Source: Terriglobales bacterium (lineage in GTDB: Bacteria > Acidobacteriota > Terriglobia > Terriglobales > Acidobacteriaceae). From it: 64,000 nt of DNA. Shown here piece after piece: positions 29,266-37,872 of the stretch. The notes below the pieces were generated by a model. The model had not been told where the DNA came from. It searched no databases and saw only the letters and a list, made by a program, of their open reading frames with translations. Each line of letters begins with the position of its first letter. Within the stretch, counting starts at the first letter, position 1. The stretch spans positions 5,918-69,917 of the forward strand of contig DATEQN010000045.1 in assembly GCA_035272625.1 (NCBI GenBank), read 5' to 3'. The position numbers were made by a program, and so were the translations under genes.

Positions 29266-29562
29266 ATGATCCGAGTTATAGTCCCGCAGCATCTCCGGAC
29301 GCTGGCGCAGGTTCGCGGCGAGGTGGAACTCGACGTCGATAGTCCGATCACGCAGCGCTCAGTCCTCGACGCCCTCGAGGCCCGCTATCCGATGCTGCGC
29401 GGAACCATCCGCGACCAGATCACGCAACAGCGCCGACCGTTTCTGAGGTTCTTTGCCTGCGAGGAGGATCTGTCCCACGAGCCGCCCGATGCCCCGCTGC
29501 CCGACGCGGTCCGGTCTGGAGCGGAGCCTTTTATCGTCATCGGGGCCATCGCGGGAGGGTAG
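29266..29562 (+). CDS. MoaD/ThiS family ubiquitin-like (beta-grasp) protein ending in Gly-Gly
   Basis: 98 aa: [24 protein letters not shown]...[11 protein letters not shown] followed by a stop. The size, the N-terminal beta-strand pattern and the terminal diglycine fit MoaD/ThiS. It starts 10 nt after the BNR gene stop. Confidence 0.75.
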   Translation: MIRVIVPQHLRTLAQVRGEVELDVDSPITQRSVLDALEARYPMLRGTIRDQITQQRRPFLRFFACEEDLSHEPPDAPLPDAVRSGAEPFIVIGAIAGG

Positions 29563-29601
29563 ATTTGCAAAACGGGGCCGCTGCGATGATGGTCACCGCA
29601 A

Positions 29602-30906
29602 CTATCGCGCTACTCCCGCCCCCCGCTTCTCCATAGGCACGAACTCCCGCGTGTCGTGCCCAATCCAAACCTGCCGCGGGCGCGCGATTTTCTGTTCGGG
29701 GTCGTTCAGCATTTCCTGCCATTGCGACAGCCAGCCGATGGTGCGCGGAATCGCGAAGAGCACCGTGAACATCTCCGGCTTGAAACCCATCGCCTGGTAA
29801 ATGATGCCGGAATAGAAGTCCACGTTCGGATAGAGCTTGCGGTGTACGAAATAGTCGTCTTCCAGCGCGATGCGCTCCAGCTCCAGAGCAATCTCAAGTT
29901 TGGCATTGCGGCCGGTGACTTCGAACACGCTGTCGGCGGTTCGCTTGATGATCTTGGCCCGCGGATCGTAGTTCTTGTAAACCCGGTGTCCGAAGCCCAT
30001 CAGCTTGCCTCTACCTTCCTTGATCTTCTTGATGTAGGCAGGGACGTTGTCCTTGGAACCGATCTCGTCCAGCATGCGCAGCACTTCTTCGTTCGCCCCA
30101 CCGTGCAGCGGACCAGAGAGTGCGGCGGCAGCGGCCGCAGTGGCCAGGTACGGGTCGCTGTGGGAACTCCCCACGGCTCGCATCGCGTTCGCGCTGCAGT
30201 TCTGCTCGTGGTCGGCGTGCAGAATAAAGAGGATGTCGAGCGCCCGCGCCAGCACGGGATTCGCGAGATACTTGGGCTCGACCATCTTCCACAGCATGTT
30301 CATGAAGTTCTCGGTATAGGTGAGGTCGTTGTCCGGATAGATGTAGGGGAATCCGGAAATATGACGATACGACATGGCCGCGATGGAGGGCATCTTGCCG
30401 ATCAGGCGCTTGATCTGCAGCAGCCGGATCGCGGGGTCGTGAATGTTCTTCGCTTCCGGATACACCGTCGAGAGCGCCGCCACGCTGCTCACCAGCATCG
30501 CCATGGGGTGCGCGTTATCGCGGAAGCCTTCCATGAACTTCTTGGTGGTTTCATGGAGCATGGTGTGGTGCGTGATGTCATGCACCCAATTCTTCAATTC
30601 ACTCGCGGTGGGCAATTCACCGAACAGAAGCAGGTAGGCCACTTCCAGATAGGTACATTGTTCGGCGAGAACCTCGATGGGATAACCGCGGTAGCGCAGG
30701 ATTCCCAGATCGCCGTCAATGTAAGTGATCGCGCTCCGGCAGGAGGCCGTGTTCATGAAGGCGGGATCGTAGGTCATCAAGCCGAAATCTTCAGGACCGG
30801 TCTTGATCTTGCGCAGATCCATTGCGCGGATGGTTCCGTTTTCGACGGGAAGCGTGTAGCTGTGCCCGGTACGGTTGTCGGTGATGGTTAAGGTGTCTTG
30901 CGGCAT
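29602..30906 (-). CDS. gltA: Citrate (Si)-synthase
   Basis: 434 aa. Type II citrate synthase pattern: LTITDNRTGHSYTLPV, ILRYRGYPIE, GPLHGGANE, MGFGHRVYKNYDPRA. Confidence 0.92.
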   Translation of the reverse strand: MPQDTLTITDNRTGHSYTLPVENGTIRAMDLRKIKTGPEDFGLMTYDPAFMNTASCRSAITYIDGDLGILRYRGYPIEVLAEQCTYLEVAYLLLFGELPTASELKNWVHDITHHTMLHETTKKFMEGFRDNAHPMAMLVSSVAALSTVYPEAKNIHDPAIRLLQIKRLIGKMPSIAAMSYRHISGFPYIYPDNDLTYTENFMNMLWKMVEPKYLANPVLARALDILFILHADHEQNCSANAMRAVGSSHSDPYLATAAAAAALSGPLHGGANEEVLRMLDEIGSKDNVPAYIKKIKEGRGKLMGFGHRVYKNYDPRAKIIKRTADSVFEVTGRNAKLEIALELERIALEDDYFVHRKLYPNVDFYSGIIYQAMGFKPEMFTVLFAIPRTIGWLSQWQEMLNDPEQKIARPRQVWIGHDTREFVPMEKRGAGVAR

Positions 30907-31085
30907 CCGAGCTCTCCTGAGAACAGTGGTGGACGGGATATTCTACGCGTTCCCCAGCGATTCCAACAATGCTACCAGCAGCGGACGCTGATTGCGCAAG
31001 CCGAGCGTCTGCAAACCAAGGCGAAGAACGTTGTTACAATTAAGCAGAGTGGTTCCCCCCGTTGTTGTGGGTCCTGAAAGCGCAG

Positions 31086-33209
31086 ATGCAGCCATTTGAC
31101 GAACATTTCGAGGTAGTCGTGGTGGGGGCTGGCCATGCCGGATGTGAAGCGGCGATGGCGGCTGCTCGCATGGGATTGAAGACTGCGCTCTTTACGTTGA
31201 ACGTCGATCTGATCGCGCAGATGTCATGCAATCCTGCCATTGGCGGCATCGCGAAGGGGCATTTGGTGCGCGAAGTGGATGCGCTGGGCGGCATCATGGG
31301 CGAGATCACGGATGCGGTCGGAATCCAGTTTCGCCTGCTCAATACTTCGCGTGGCCCGGCCGTCTGGTCGCCTCGGGCGCAGTGCGATAAACAAGCTTAC
31401 CGTCTGAAGATGCGCGAGGTGCTCGAATCGCAGGCGAATTTAAAGATCAAGCAGGCGGAAGTGGCGGATGTGATCGTGGAGTCGATGGTCGATGGTCGAT
31501 GGTCGTTTCCAGGTTCCGATGAGAATTGTCGCTCCGAACAAGGCGATGGATCTGCGTTCGCTAACGACCAACGACTAACGACCAACGACCGCCTCCGCGG
31601 CGTCCTGCTTCGCGATGGTCGCCGCGTTTCTGCTGATGCGGTCATCATTACTACTGGTACTTTCCTGAACGGGCTGATTCATTGCGGGGAGCAGCAGTAT
31701 CCGGCGGGACGGTCTGGAGAACCGGCGGCGGTTCTGCTGGGTGAAGCGCTGAAGAAGCTTGGGCTGCGCGGATGCCGGCTCAAGACCGGGACGCCTCCGC
31801 GGCTCGACGGGCGCACGATTGATTGGGTGCGCTTCGAGCGGCAGCCCGGCGATCTGGATCCGACTCCATTCAGCTTTCGCACCCGGCGCGTTGCCCATCA
31901 CGACTCGCAAGTGCCCTGCTACATCGCCTTCACAACGGGAGAGACGCATCGCATCATTCGCGAGAACGTGCATCGCTCACCGATGTATAGCGGGCAGATT
32001 CATTCGACGGGGCCGCGGTATTGCCCGTCGATTGAAGACAAAATCGTCAAGTTCCCCGACAAACTGACGCACCAACTTTTTTTGGAACCCGAGGGGCTGA
32101 ACACGCACGAGATCTACGTCAACGGCATGAGCACTTCCTTGCCAATTGATGTGCAGTTTGCGATTCTCAAGTCGATTCCGGGGCTCGAAAGCGCGGAGAT
32201 GATGCGGCCCGGCTACGCCATTGAGTATGACTCGATCGATCCCACCGAACTCAAGCGCACGCTGGAAACGAAAAAGATTGCCGGGCTGTTTCTCGCCGGG
32301 CAGATTAATGGGACGTCGGGGTACGAGGAAGCGGCGTGCCAGGGAATCATGGCCGGAATTAACGCGGCGCTGCAGGTGAAGAAAGAAGCTCCGCTGGTAC
32401 TCGACCGCACGGAAGCTTACACGGCGATTCTGATCGACGACCTGATTTCGAAAGGCACCAACGAGCCTTATCGCATGTTCACTTCGCGCGCCGAGTTTCG
32501 CTTGCATCTGCGGATCGATAATGCCGACCGGCGGCTTACTCCGCATGGACGGCGGGTGGGGCTGATCTCGGATGAAGCGTGGTCGGAGTTTGGGGCAAAG
32601 CAGCAGCGGCTGGAAGATTTGAAGCAGGTGCTGGAGAGGACGAAAGTGTCGGTAGCGATGGCGGAGCAGATCGCTGTCGAGCTTAGCTCGACCGGACAGC
32701 CGAGGGCGGCTGTCCCTGCGTGCTCCGTCGCGATTGATCTGTCTTCAGCCGTGGGGCAGCCTTTGGCGCAACTGCTGAAGCGGCCCGAGATCACCATCGA
32801 ACATCTCGCGATCGTTCTCAATGATTTGGTGCCGAAGTTTTTTGCAAGAAACTTCTCTGCGAACTCAGCGTCCTCTGCGGTTAATGTTTCGGCAGGCCAT
32901 CTTTCGTCCGAGATCCGCAACGAGCTCAAGTCGGTCGAAACGGAAATTAAGTATGCCGGATACCTCGACCAGCAGCAGCGCGCCATCGAACGTCTGAAGA
33001 AGGCCGAGCAGCGGCACATTCCCGATTGGTTCGATTACCGCGCGGTGAGCGGACTGTCGCGCGAGATGCAGGAGAAGCTTGGGAGAGTCGTCCCGCAGAC
33101 GCTAGGCCAAGCCTCGCGCATCCCCGGCGTGACCCCGGCTGCCGTTTCGCTGATCAATGTATATATCGAGATCCAGGCGCGACGGCGGGAACAGGCCGCG
33201 GCACTGTAA
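31086..33209 (+). CDS. mnmG: tRNA uridine 5-carboxymethylaminomethyl modification enzyme MnmG (GidA), with in-frame insertions
   Basis: [60 protein letters not shown] and [13 protein letters not shown] are MnmG signatures. It is about 80 aa longer than E. coli MnmG. ATG at 31086; the longest ORF opens at 31062. Confidence 0.9.
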   Translation: MQPFDEHFEVVVVGAGHAGCEAAMAAARMGLKTALFTLNVDLIAQMSCNPAIGGIAKGHLVREVDALGGIMGEITDAVGIQFRLLNTSRGPAVWSPRAQCDKQAYRLKMREVLESQANLKIKQAEVADVIVESMVDGRWSFPGSDENCRSEQGDGSAFANDQRLTTNDRLRGVLLRDGRRVSADAVIITTGTFLNGLIHCGEQQYPAGRSGEPAAVLLGEALKKLGLRGCRLKTGTPPRLDGRTIDWVRFERQPGDLDPTPFSFRTRRVAHHDSQVPCYIAFTTGETHRIIRENVHRSPMYSGQIHSTGPRYCPSIEDKIVKFPDKLTHQLFLEPEGLNTHEIYVNGMSTSLPIDVQFAILKSIPGLESAEMMRPGYAIEYDSIDPTELKRTLETKKIAGLFLAGQINGTSGYEEAACQGIMAGINAALQVKKEAPLVLDRTEAYTAILIDDLISKGTNEPYRMFTSRAEFRLHLRIDNADRRLTPHGRRVGLISDEAWSEFGAKQQRLEDLKQVLERTKVSVAMAEQIAVELSSTGQPRAAVPACSVAIDLSSAVGQPLAQLLKRPEITIEHLAIVLNDLVPKFFARNFSANSASSAVNVSAGHLSSEIRNELKSVETEIKYAGYLDQQQRAIERLKKAEQRHIPDWFDYRAVSGLSREMQEKLGRVVPQTLGQASRIPGVTPAAVSLINVYIEIQARRREQAAAL
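31481..31590. repeat. Hairpin element with tandem-heptamer arms (family A), copy inside the mnmG reading frame
   Basis: The left arm (GTCGATG)x3+GTCG (31481-31505) and right arm CGACCAACGACTAACGACCAACGACC (31565-31590) are complementary at 21 of 25 positions, plus one G-T. The element is translated as SMVDGRWSF...NDQRLTTND. Confidence 0.75.
32694..32715. repeat. Family B hairpin unit inside the mnmG reading frame
   Basis: GGACAGCCGAGGGCGGCTGTCC is identical to the intergenic unit at 33252-33273. Here it is translated as GQPRAAV. Confidence 0.7.
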
Positions 33210-33230
33210 TCTTCCGCAGCCGCTAGAAAG

Positions 33231-33310
33231 CCGCCGAGCTGCGCTCGGCTTGGACAGCCGAGGGCGGCTGTCCCTACGCAACCCTGGACGGGCGAGGGCG
33301 CCCGTCCCCA
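33231..33310. repeat. Family B REP-like element (three consecutive GC-rich hairpins) between convergent genes; probable bidirectional terminator
   Basis: Three hairpins: GCCGAGCTGCGCTCGGC (33233-33249), GGACAGCCGAGGGCGGCTGTCC (33252-33273) and GGACGGGCGAGGGCGCCCGTCC (33286-33307). A partial inverted copy lies at 43348-43416. Confidence 0.7.
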
Positions 33311-33333
33311 CCCGATCGTCCCCACACGCGCAT

Positions 33334-34290
33334 TCAGCGGGCAACCGCTTTCTGCACGGCGGAGCGCAGTTCATCGTAGGAAAGCGCGCCCGGGTGATAC
33401 ATCGCCACTTGCCCGGCGCGATTCACGACGACCAGGGTCGGCGTCGTACTCGCACCATACGCATTGAAGTTCTGCTTACTCAACGGTACCGGCATGTCCT
33501 GCAGGCTGGCGTAGTATCGTGCGCGGACGGATTCGATGTACGCCCGCTCCTGTTCCGGTGCGGCATCGGCTCCTTGCGCGGCGTAGCCGTAGAGTTGTGT
33601 CGGACCGATGACGACCAGGCCCTCGGGAGCGAATTCCTGCCGCAAGCGGGCTATGACGGGGACTTCTGCTTTGCAGTCCACACACCAATGGGCCCAGAAG
33701 AACAAAAGAACCGGCGAACCCTTCAGCGACGCCAGAGCCGGCGGCTTCGGTCCGAGATATTGCGTTACTTGTAAGGGCGGCGCGGGTTGGCCAACCAGAG
33801 CCAGCAGGTTGAGGTTCTTCTGCAGGCGCGCTCGAATGGACATATTTCGATAGCGCGTCAGAGCCGAGCGCAGCAGCCTGACCGCCTGCGCATGCTGTCC
33901 TTTGGCATCCATTTCCTGAGCGAGAACTTCGTATGCGGCACCGAGGGCGATCGGTAGATGAGGTTCGGCATCGAGTTTGCGCTTGGTCGTCGCTAACAAC
34001 TGCTCCGAGAGTTTGCGGGTCTCGGTGGCATAGGCAGCGGCTTGGTCCCATTGCTTGGTCGCGGCCGTCGCACGCGCCATCCATGACAAGGCTTCGAGAT
34101 ACTCGGGAGTGACACCGTGCTGAGCCTCATAGGTCCGAAGTTCCGACTCCGCAGCGGAAAAAGAGTTCTGAGCCAATTGGGCGCGAACATCTCCGACCAG
34201 GTCGGTTTGGGCAGACGATGGGACCCATAAGGGAAGCCAGAGGAGAGCCGCGATGAGGACGAGACCCAACCTCGCCGTTCGAATACGCAT
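33334..34290 (-). CDS. TlpA/ResA-like thiol:disulfide oxidoreductase with N-terminal TPR-like helical domain
   Basis: Signal peptide MRIRTARLGLVLIAALLWLPLWVPSSAQ. Thioredoxin-fold block GSPVLLFFWAHWCVDCKAE contains a CxxC motif. The longest ORF opens at 34329. Confidence 0.75.
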   Translation of the reverse strand: MRIRTARLGLVLIAALLWLPLWVPSSAQTDLVGDVRAQLAQNSFSAAESELRTYEAQHGVTPEYLEALSWMARATAATKQWDQAAAYATETRKLSEQLLATTKRKLDAEPHLPIALGAAYEVLAQEMDAKGQHAQAVRLLRSALTRYRNMSIRARLQKNLNLLALVGQPAPPLQVTQYLGPKPPALASLKGSPVLLFFWAHWCVDCKAEVPVIARLRQEFAPEGLVVIGPTQLYGYAAQGADAAPEQERAYIESVRARYYASLQDMPVPLSKQNFNAYGASTTPTLVVVNRAGQVAMYHPGALSYDELRSAVQKAVAR

Positions 34291-34336
34291 GAGTTGATGA
34301 TGAATCAGGCTCCGGGAAGTTGCAACCAAGGGGTCA

Positions 34337-34368
34337 CCTCTGCAATCTGACCTCCGACCTCTGCAATG
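34337..34368. repeat. Family C repeat units (CTCTGCAAT / CTGACCTC)
   Basis: CCTCTGCAATCTGACCTCCGACCTCTGCAATG shares CTCTGCAATCTGACCTC with the arms of the element at 44389-44492. Confidence 0.6.
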
Positions 34369-34370
34369 TT

Positions 34371-35258
34371 TTATTGCAAGTATTCGAAGAGATTGTTCTG
34401 CGAGAACTTGCTGATGGCCGCGAGCGCGGCCTGGGTGTCGGTGTTGGCTTGGTCGAGATTGTTGGCGGCCGTAGGAAGGTTCACGCCGCCGAGCGTGTTC
34501 TGCTGCTGGCTGATTTGAAGCTGGGCGGCATTAAGGTAGGTGGTCCGCGACTGCGTCTGGTCGGTGGCGTTGCCATAGAACACGGCCTGCGCCGAAAGAT
34601 AGCTGGAGGCTGCACTTACGGCGTTCACTGCCGTACTTATTCCGGCATTAGTCTGCAAGGCCTGGATCAGGTTGTTGATGGCGAGAAATACGTCGTTGCC
34701 GGGTGCGGAAAACAGTTGCGATCCGGGCTGGTTGACGGCGAGCTTGTATCCGTTGCCGATCGACACCTCATTGATATCGCTGTTGCCAACATAGTGGACA
34801 CCGGATGGCGAGGCATCGTCCACCACGTACGGAGCCGTGTTCGTAATGCTGCCGCCGAACACGTAGTTGCCTTGGTACGTCGTGTTGGCGAGCGACACAA
34901 GCTGGCTCTGGATGCCTTGCAGCTGAGTCACGATTGCGGCTTGGTCGCTGGCGGAGACCGTGCCGTTGGCGCCTTCAACGCCGAGGCTAATGGCTTGTTG
35001 CAACGCGGATGTGACCGAACTCAGCGTCGAATCGGCGGTCGAGAGCTGGCCTTGCACCGCGCTGATACTCTGCAGATAGCCGCTGTTGAAAGTAGCCTGA
35101 TCGTTGTTCTCGACCAGCAGGCCGGCGGCGGTCGGATTGTCCGAGGGCTCGTTCACGCTTTTGCCGGTCGAAATCTGGAGCGCCGCCTCTTGCGCCTCCA
35201 GTTGTGTCTGGTTGAGCGCCGCCAGCAGATCGGGCATGGGATTCGGATTGACACGCAT
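34371..35258 (-). CDS. flgL: Flagellar hook-associated protein 3 (hook-filament junction), FlgL
   Basis: 295 aa. Flagellin-type N-terminus (RVNPNPMPDLLAALNQTQLEAQEAALQISTGKSVNEPSDNP) and C-terminus (AANNLDQANTDTQAALAAISKF). It lies immediately downstream of flgK. Confidence 0.85.
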   Translation of the reverse strand: MRVNPNPMPDLLAALNQTQLEAQEAALQISTGKSVNEPSDNPTAAGLLVENNDQATFNSGYLQSISAVQGQLSTADSTLSSVTSALQQAISLGVEGANGTVSASDQAAIVTQLQGIQSQLVSLANTTYQGNYVFGGSITNTAPYVVDDASPSGVHYVGNSDINEVSIGNGYKLAVNQPGSQLFSAPGNDVFLAINNLIQALQTNAGISTAVNAVSAASSYLSAQAVFYGNATDQTQSRTTYLNAAQLQISQQQNTLGGVNLPTAANNLDQANTDTQAALAAISKFSQNNLFEYLQ

Positions 35259-35284
35259 CGATGTTTACCTTCTTCCTACTCCGC

Positions 35285-36679
35285 TTACTCCTCTGCCGCG
35301 TCCATGCCCAGGTTCACGGCATCCAGCAGCAAGAGGTTGATGGTAGAAACGACTTTGGCCGCGGACTGATAGGCCGTCTGATACTGAATGAGGTTGGCCG
35401 CTTCTTCGTTGAGCGATACGCCCGAGACGCTCCCGTTCTCGTCCTGCAGCTGTTGCAGAATCAAGTTGGAGGAATCGGCATCGGCCGAAGTATTCGCCGT
35501 ATCGCTTCCGACTTGAGAGACCAGGTTGGCATAGGAATCGATCGGTGTCTGCCCGTTGGCCAGGGCGTTATCGGCAACCGCGGAGAGATTGGCCAGATTC
35601 CCGTTGCTACCGGTGGTACCGTCGGAACTGGCGGCAATCTTCGACGGGTCGGTCATACTAACCGTCAACGTGGCCGCTGCACCCACTCCGCCCACGGGCG
35701 GAGGAAGAAAAATGTCGCTGCCCTGTTGGGGCGGGTTCTCCAGATCGGTCCCCTCTGCATTGGCGGTGTTGAGGCCGTTGGCAAGACCGGCGGCCAGTTG
35801 ATCGAGACTGCTGCCAATGCTGGGAATCTCCTGGTCGCGAATCTGGATCAGCCCGGCCAGGCTTCCACCCGTCAGCGAGCTGGTGATGTCGTCGGCCCCC
35901 GCCATGATGTGCTGTACGCCGCCGCTGCCAAGCTGGGTGGTGAGTGCGAAATTCTGCGATCCGGATACCAGCGTCGTCCCGTTCGAAGTGGCCAGCGTGA
36001 TGCCCTGACCGGTCGGAATCACCTGCACATCGATCAGCGCGGAAAGCTGCTGGATGAGATTGTTCTGCGTGTCCACCAGGGTGCCATCGCCGGAGGCCTG
36101 GTTTGCGCCTTGCAGATTTGTGATCTGCTCGTCGACACTGGCGATCTGCGACGTCAGGGAATTCACCTGGGTGACCGAAGCCACGACGTTTTGGTCAATG
36201 TTGCTGCGCTGGGTCTGCAGGCTGGTGGCTGCGGTGTTGAAGTCGGTGGCCAGCGTGTCCGCCGCGGTCAGCACGCTCTGTCGCAACGTCAGATCCGTGG
36301 GATCGGGAGAGAGTTGCTGCAGACTGTTAAAGAAATTGCTGATGTCGGCTCCGATGCCGGAAGTGGAGCTCGCGAACTGAGTTTGAATCTGTTGCAGTTG
36401 CGTCAGCGACGCATTGAGCGAGCTGTTCTGGTGCGTTGCCTGATTGATCTGGATTTGGAGTATAGGGTCCCGCAAGCTCTCGATCTTTTGCAGAACCACT
36501 CCGGTGCCGTAGCTCAACGATCCCTCAGTGATCGGGTCGCCCGCTGTTACCACGGGAACTTCCCGTGAATATCCGGGAGTGTTCGCGTTGGCCACGTTGT
36601 TGGACGTGGTTGCCATCTCATCCTGGCTGGCCGCGAGCGAGCTCAGGGCAATCGAAAGAGATCCGAACAAACCCGACAT
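35285..36679 (-). CDS. flgK: Flagellar hook-associated protein 1, FlgK
   Basis: MSGLFGSLSIALSSLAASQDEMATTSNNVANANTPGYSRE is the FlgK/rod-family N-terminal motif. The C-terminal SLNEEAANLIQYQTAYQSAAKVVS also fits. GGAGAA RBS; ATG lies 2 nt after the flgN stop. Confidence 0.85.
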   Translation of the reverse strand: MSGLFGSLSIALSSLAASQDEMATTSNNVANANTPGYSREVPVVTAGDPITEGSLSYGTGVVLQKIESLRDPILQIQINQATHQNSSLNASLTQLQQIQTQFASSTSGIGADISNFFNSLQQLSPDPTDLTLRQSVLTAADTLATDFNTAATSLQTQRSNIDQNVVASVTQVNSLTSQIASVDEQITNLQGANQASGDGTLVDTQNNLIQQLSALIDVQVIPTGQGITLATSNGTTLVSGSQNFALTTQLGSGGVQHIMAGADDITSSLTGGSLAGLIQIRDQEIPSIGSSLDQLAAGLANGLNTANAEGTDLENPPQQGSDIFLPPPVGGVGAAATLTVSMTDPSKIAASSDGTTGSNGNLANLSAVADNALANGQTPIDSYANLVSQVGSDTANTSADADSSNLILQQLQDENGSVSGVSLNEEAANLIQYQTAYQSAAKVVSTINLLLLDAVNLGMDAAEE

Positions 36680-36681
36680 GG

Positions 36682-37143
36682 TTATTCTCCAGCGCACTCT
36701 CGAGATACGAGCCGGACTTCAGTCCGTAATTCTGTCCTGAGCGAGCCGGGACCGGGCGTGTAGGTAAGCGCGCAACTGTCGACCACGCGATTCATGACGG
36801 CCAAACTGCGCTGCAAGTGCCGCAGCAGCGACCAGTGCACTCGCGTAAGATAACGGATCCGGGTTCCGAGCGCCTCCCACTCGGCTTGCAGCCGCGCCGT
36901 GCCGGAGGCGCCAGCCGATGGCGCAGAATGACGACTGGCCTCGCGACGAAGCTGGTCCTCGAGACGACTCCATTGGAGGCACAGCTCCGCCTGATGTGCC
37001 GCGCCGTGCGCGATCGCTTCCGCATCGTTTTGTGCCATGGCCAGGCTGCTCGCCTCCAGACTATCGGCTAGGATGCGCAACAGCGCAAGCCGCTGCTCGA
37101 GCAGTTTGCTCAGTTCGGGAAGCGAGGTGTCGATAAGATCCAT
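36682..37143 (-). CDS. flgN: Probable flagellar export chaperone FlgN
   Basis: 153-aa helical protein (LLEQRLALLRILADSLEASSLAMAQNDAEAI...) in the canonical position between flgM and flgK. The call rests mostly on position and helical character. Confidence 0.55.
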   Translation of the reverse strand: MDLIDTSLPELSKLLEQRLALLRILADSLEASSLAMAQNDAEAIAHGAAHQAELCLQWSRLEDQLRREASRHSAPSAGASGTARLQAEWEALGTRIRYLTRVHWSLLRHLQRSLAVMNRVVDSCALTYTPGPGSLRTELRTEVRLVSRECAGE

Positions 37144-37246
37144 AGCCGTGCGGCTCTTCTTCAGTTCTCGGCGTCAGTTCCAGATCGTCAAACCAAAATC
37201 CGTCATCAAGCCGGGTTGTCGGCTCGGTTGCCGGTCTTAATCGCCA

Positions 37247-37444
37247 TCATGCCAGGTCATCCAGGGTGTGCTTCGGAGTATCGAGGCCCGGCTCCTGGTT
37301 GTTCTCTTCTCCTGGGGCTTCTTCGACCGTTTTCTCGGGCACAGCCGGGCGCTTGCGCCGGGGCGCCGGGTCGCGCTCCTGGCCTCGCTTCTCCGGCACG
37401 CGCAGCAGCGCCGGATCGATCCGGTTCGTAATTAACGGGTCCAT
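37247..37444 (-). CDS. Hypothetical small charged/Pro-rich protein (65 aa) between flgM and flgN
   Basis: ATG ORF starting 26 nt after the flgM stop with a weak GGTGA RBS. The composition suggests disorder. Several alternative-frame ORFs overlap it, so coding status is uncertain. Confidence 0.3.
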   Translation of the reverse strand: MDPLITNRIDPALLRVPEKRGQERDPAPRRKRPAVPEKTVEEAPGEENNQEPGLDTPKHTLDDLA

Positions 37445-37470
37445 GATTCACCGAATGCGATTCGCTCCGG

Positions 37471-37773
37471 CTAGGCCCCGGCGCTGCCCAGTTCGCTGAC
37501 CATCGCATCGGCCACCCGGCTGGCGGGAACCGAATATTCGCCATTCCCGATCGCCTGCTGCAGCGATTGAACCTTGGCCTCGCGAATCTCAGGCTGCGCC
37601 AATACCTGAGCTTCGAGCGACTGCATCCGCGTCTGATCGAACGAGAAGCGGGTTTGGTCAAGGCCCGAGGTGCTGCTCGTCGCGCCGTTCCCCGACTCCC
37701 CGGTCGGCCCGGCGCGGCCCGTCTTGCTTTTGTCCGGTGGTTCCACTCCAAAAGTTGTGAAATCGACTCTCAT
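37471..37773 (-). CDS. flgM: Anti-sigma-28 factor FlgM
   Basis: 100 aa. The C-terminal IREAKVQSLQQAIGNGEYSVPASRVADAMV matches the FlgM sigma-28-binding region. Two sigma-28-type promoters lie upstream. Confidence 0.8.
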   Translation of the reverse strand: MRVDFTTFGVEPPDKSKTGRAGPTGESGNGATSSTSGLDQTRFSFDQTRMQSLEAQVLAQPEIREAKVQSLQQAIGNGEYSVPASRVADAMVSELGSAGA

Positions 37774-37800
37774 AAATTTCTCCGATCCCCTCCTGCCTTT

Positions 37801-37828
37801 TGTATCGGCAGATTCTTAGCAATCCTTA
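37801..37828 (-). promoter_or_regulatory. Sigma-28 (FliA)-type promoter P1 upstream of flgM
   Basis: The minus strand reads TAAG-N15-GCCGATAC, against the consensus TAAA-N15-GCCGATAA. It ends about 28 nt upstream of the flgM ATG. Confidence 0.6.
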
Positions 37829-37872
37829 ATGCGGCGGCCGCTCCTGGGCAGACGCATCACCGGTCAATTCTA

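Noticed and set aside
37216-37240. Sigma-28-like GCCGACAA -10 element upstream of flgN
   Set aside because: The only TAA-like -35 candidate is 3 nt too close (TTAA-N13), so the spacing does not fit the FliA consensus.
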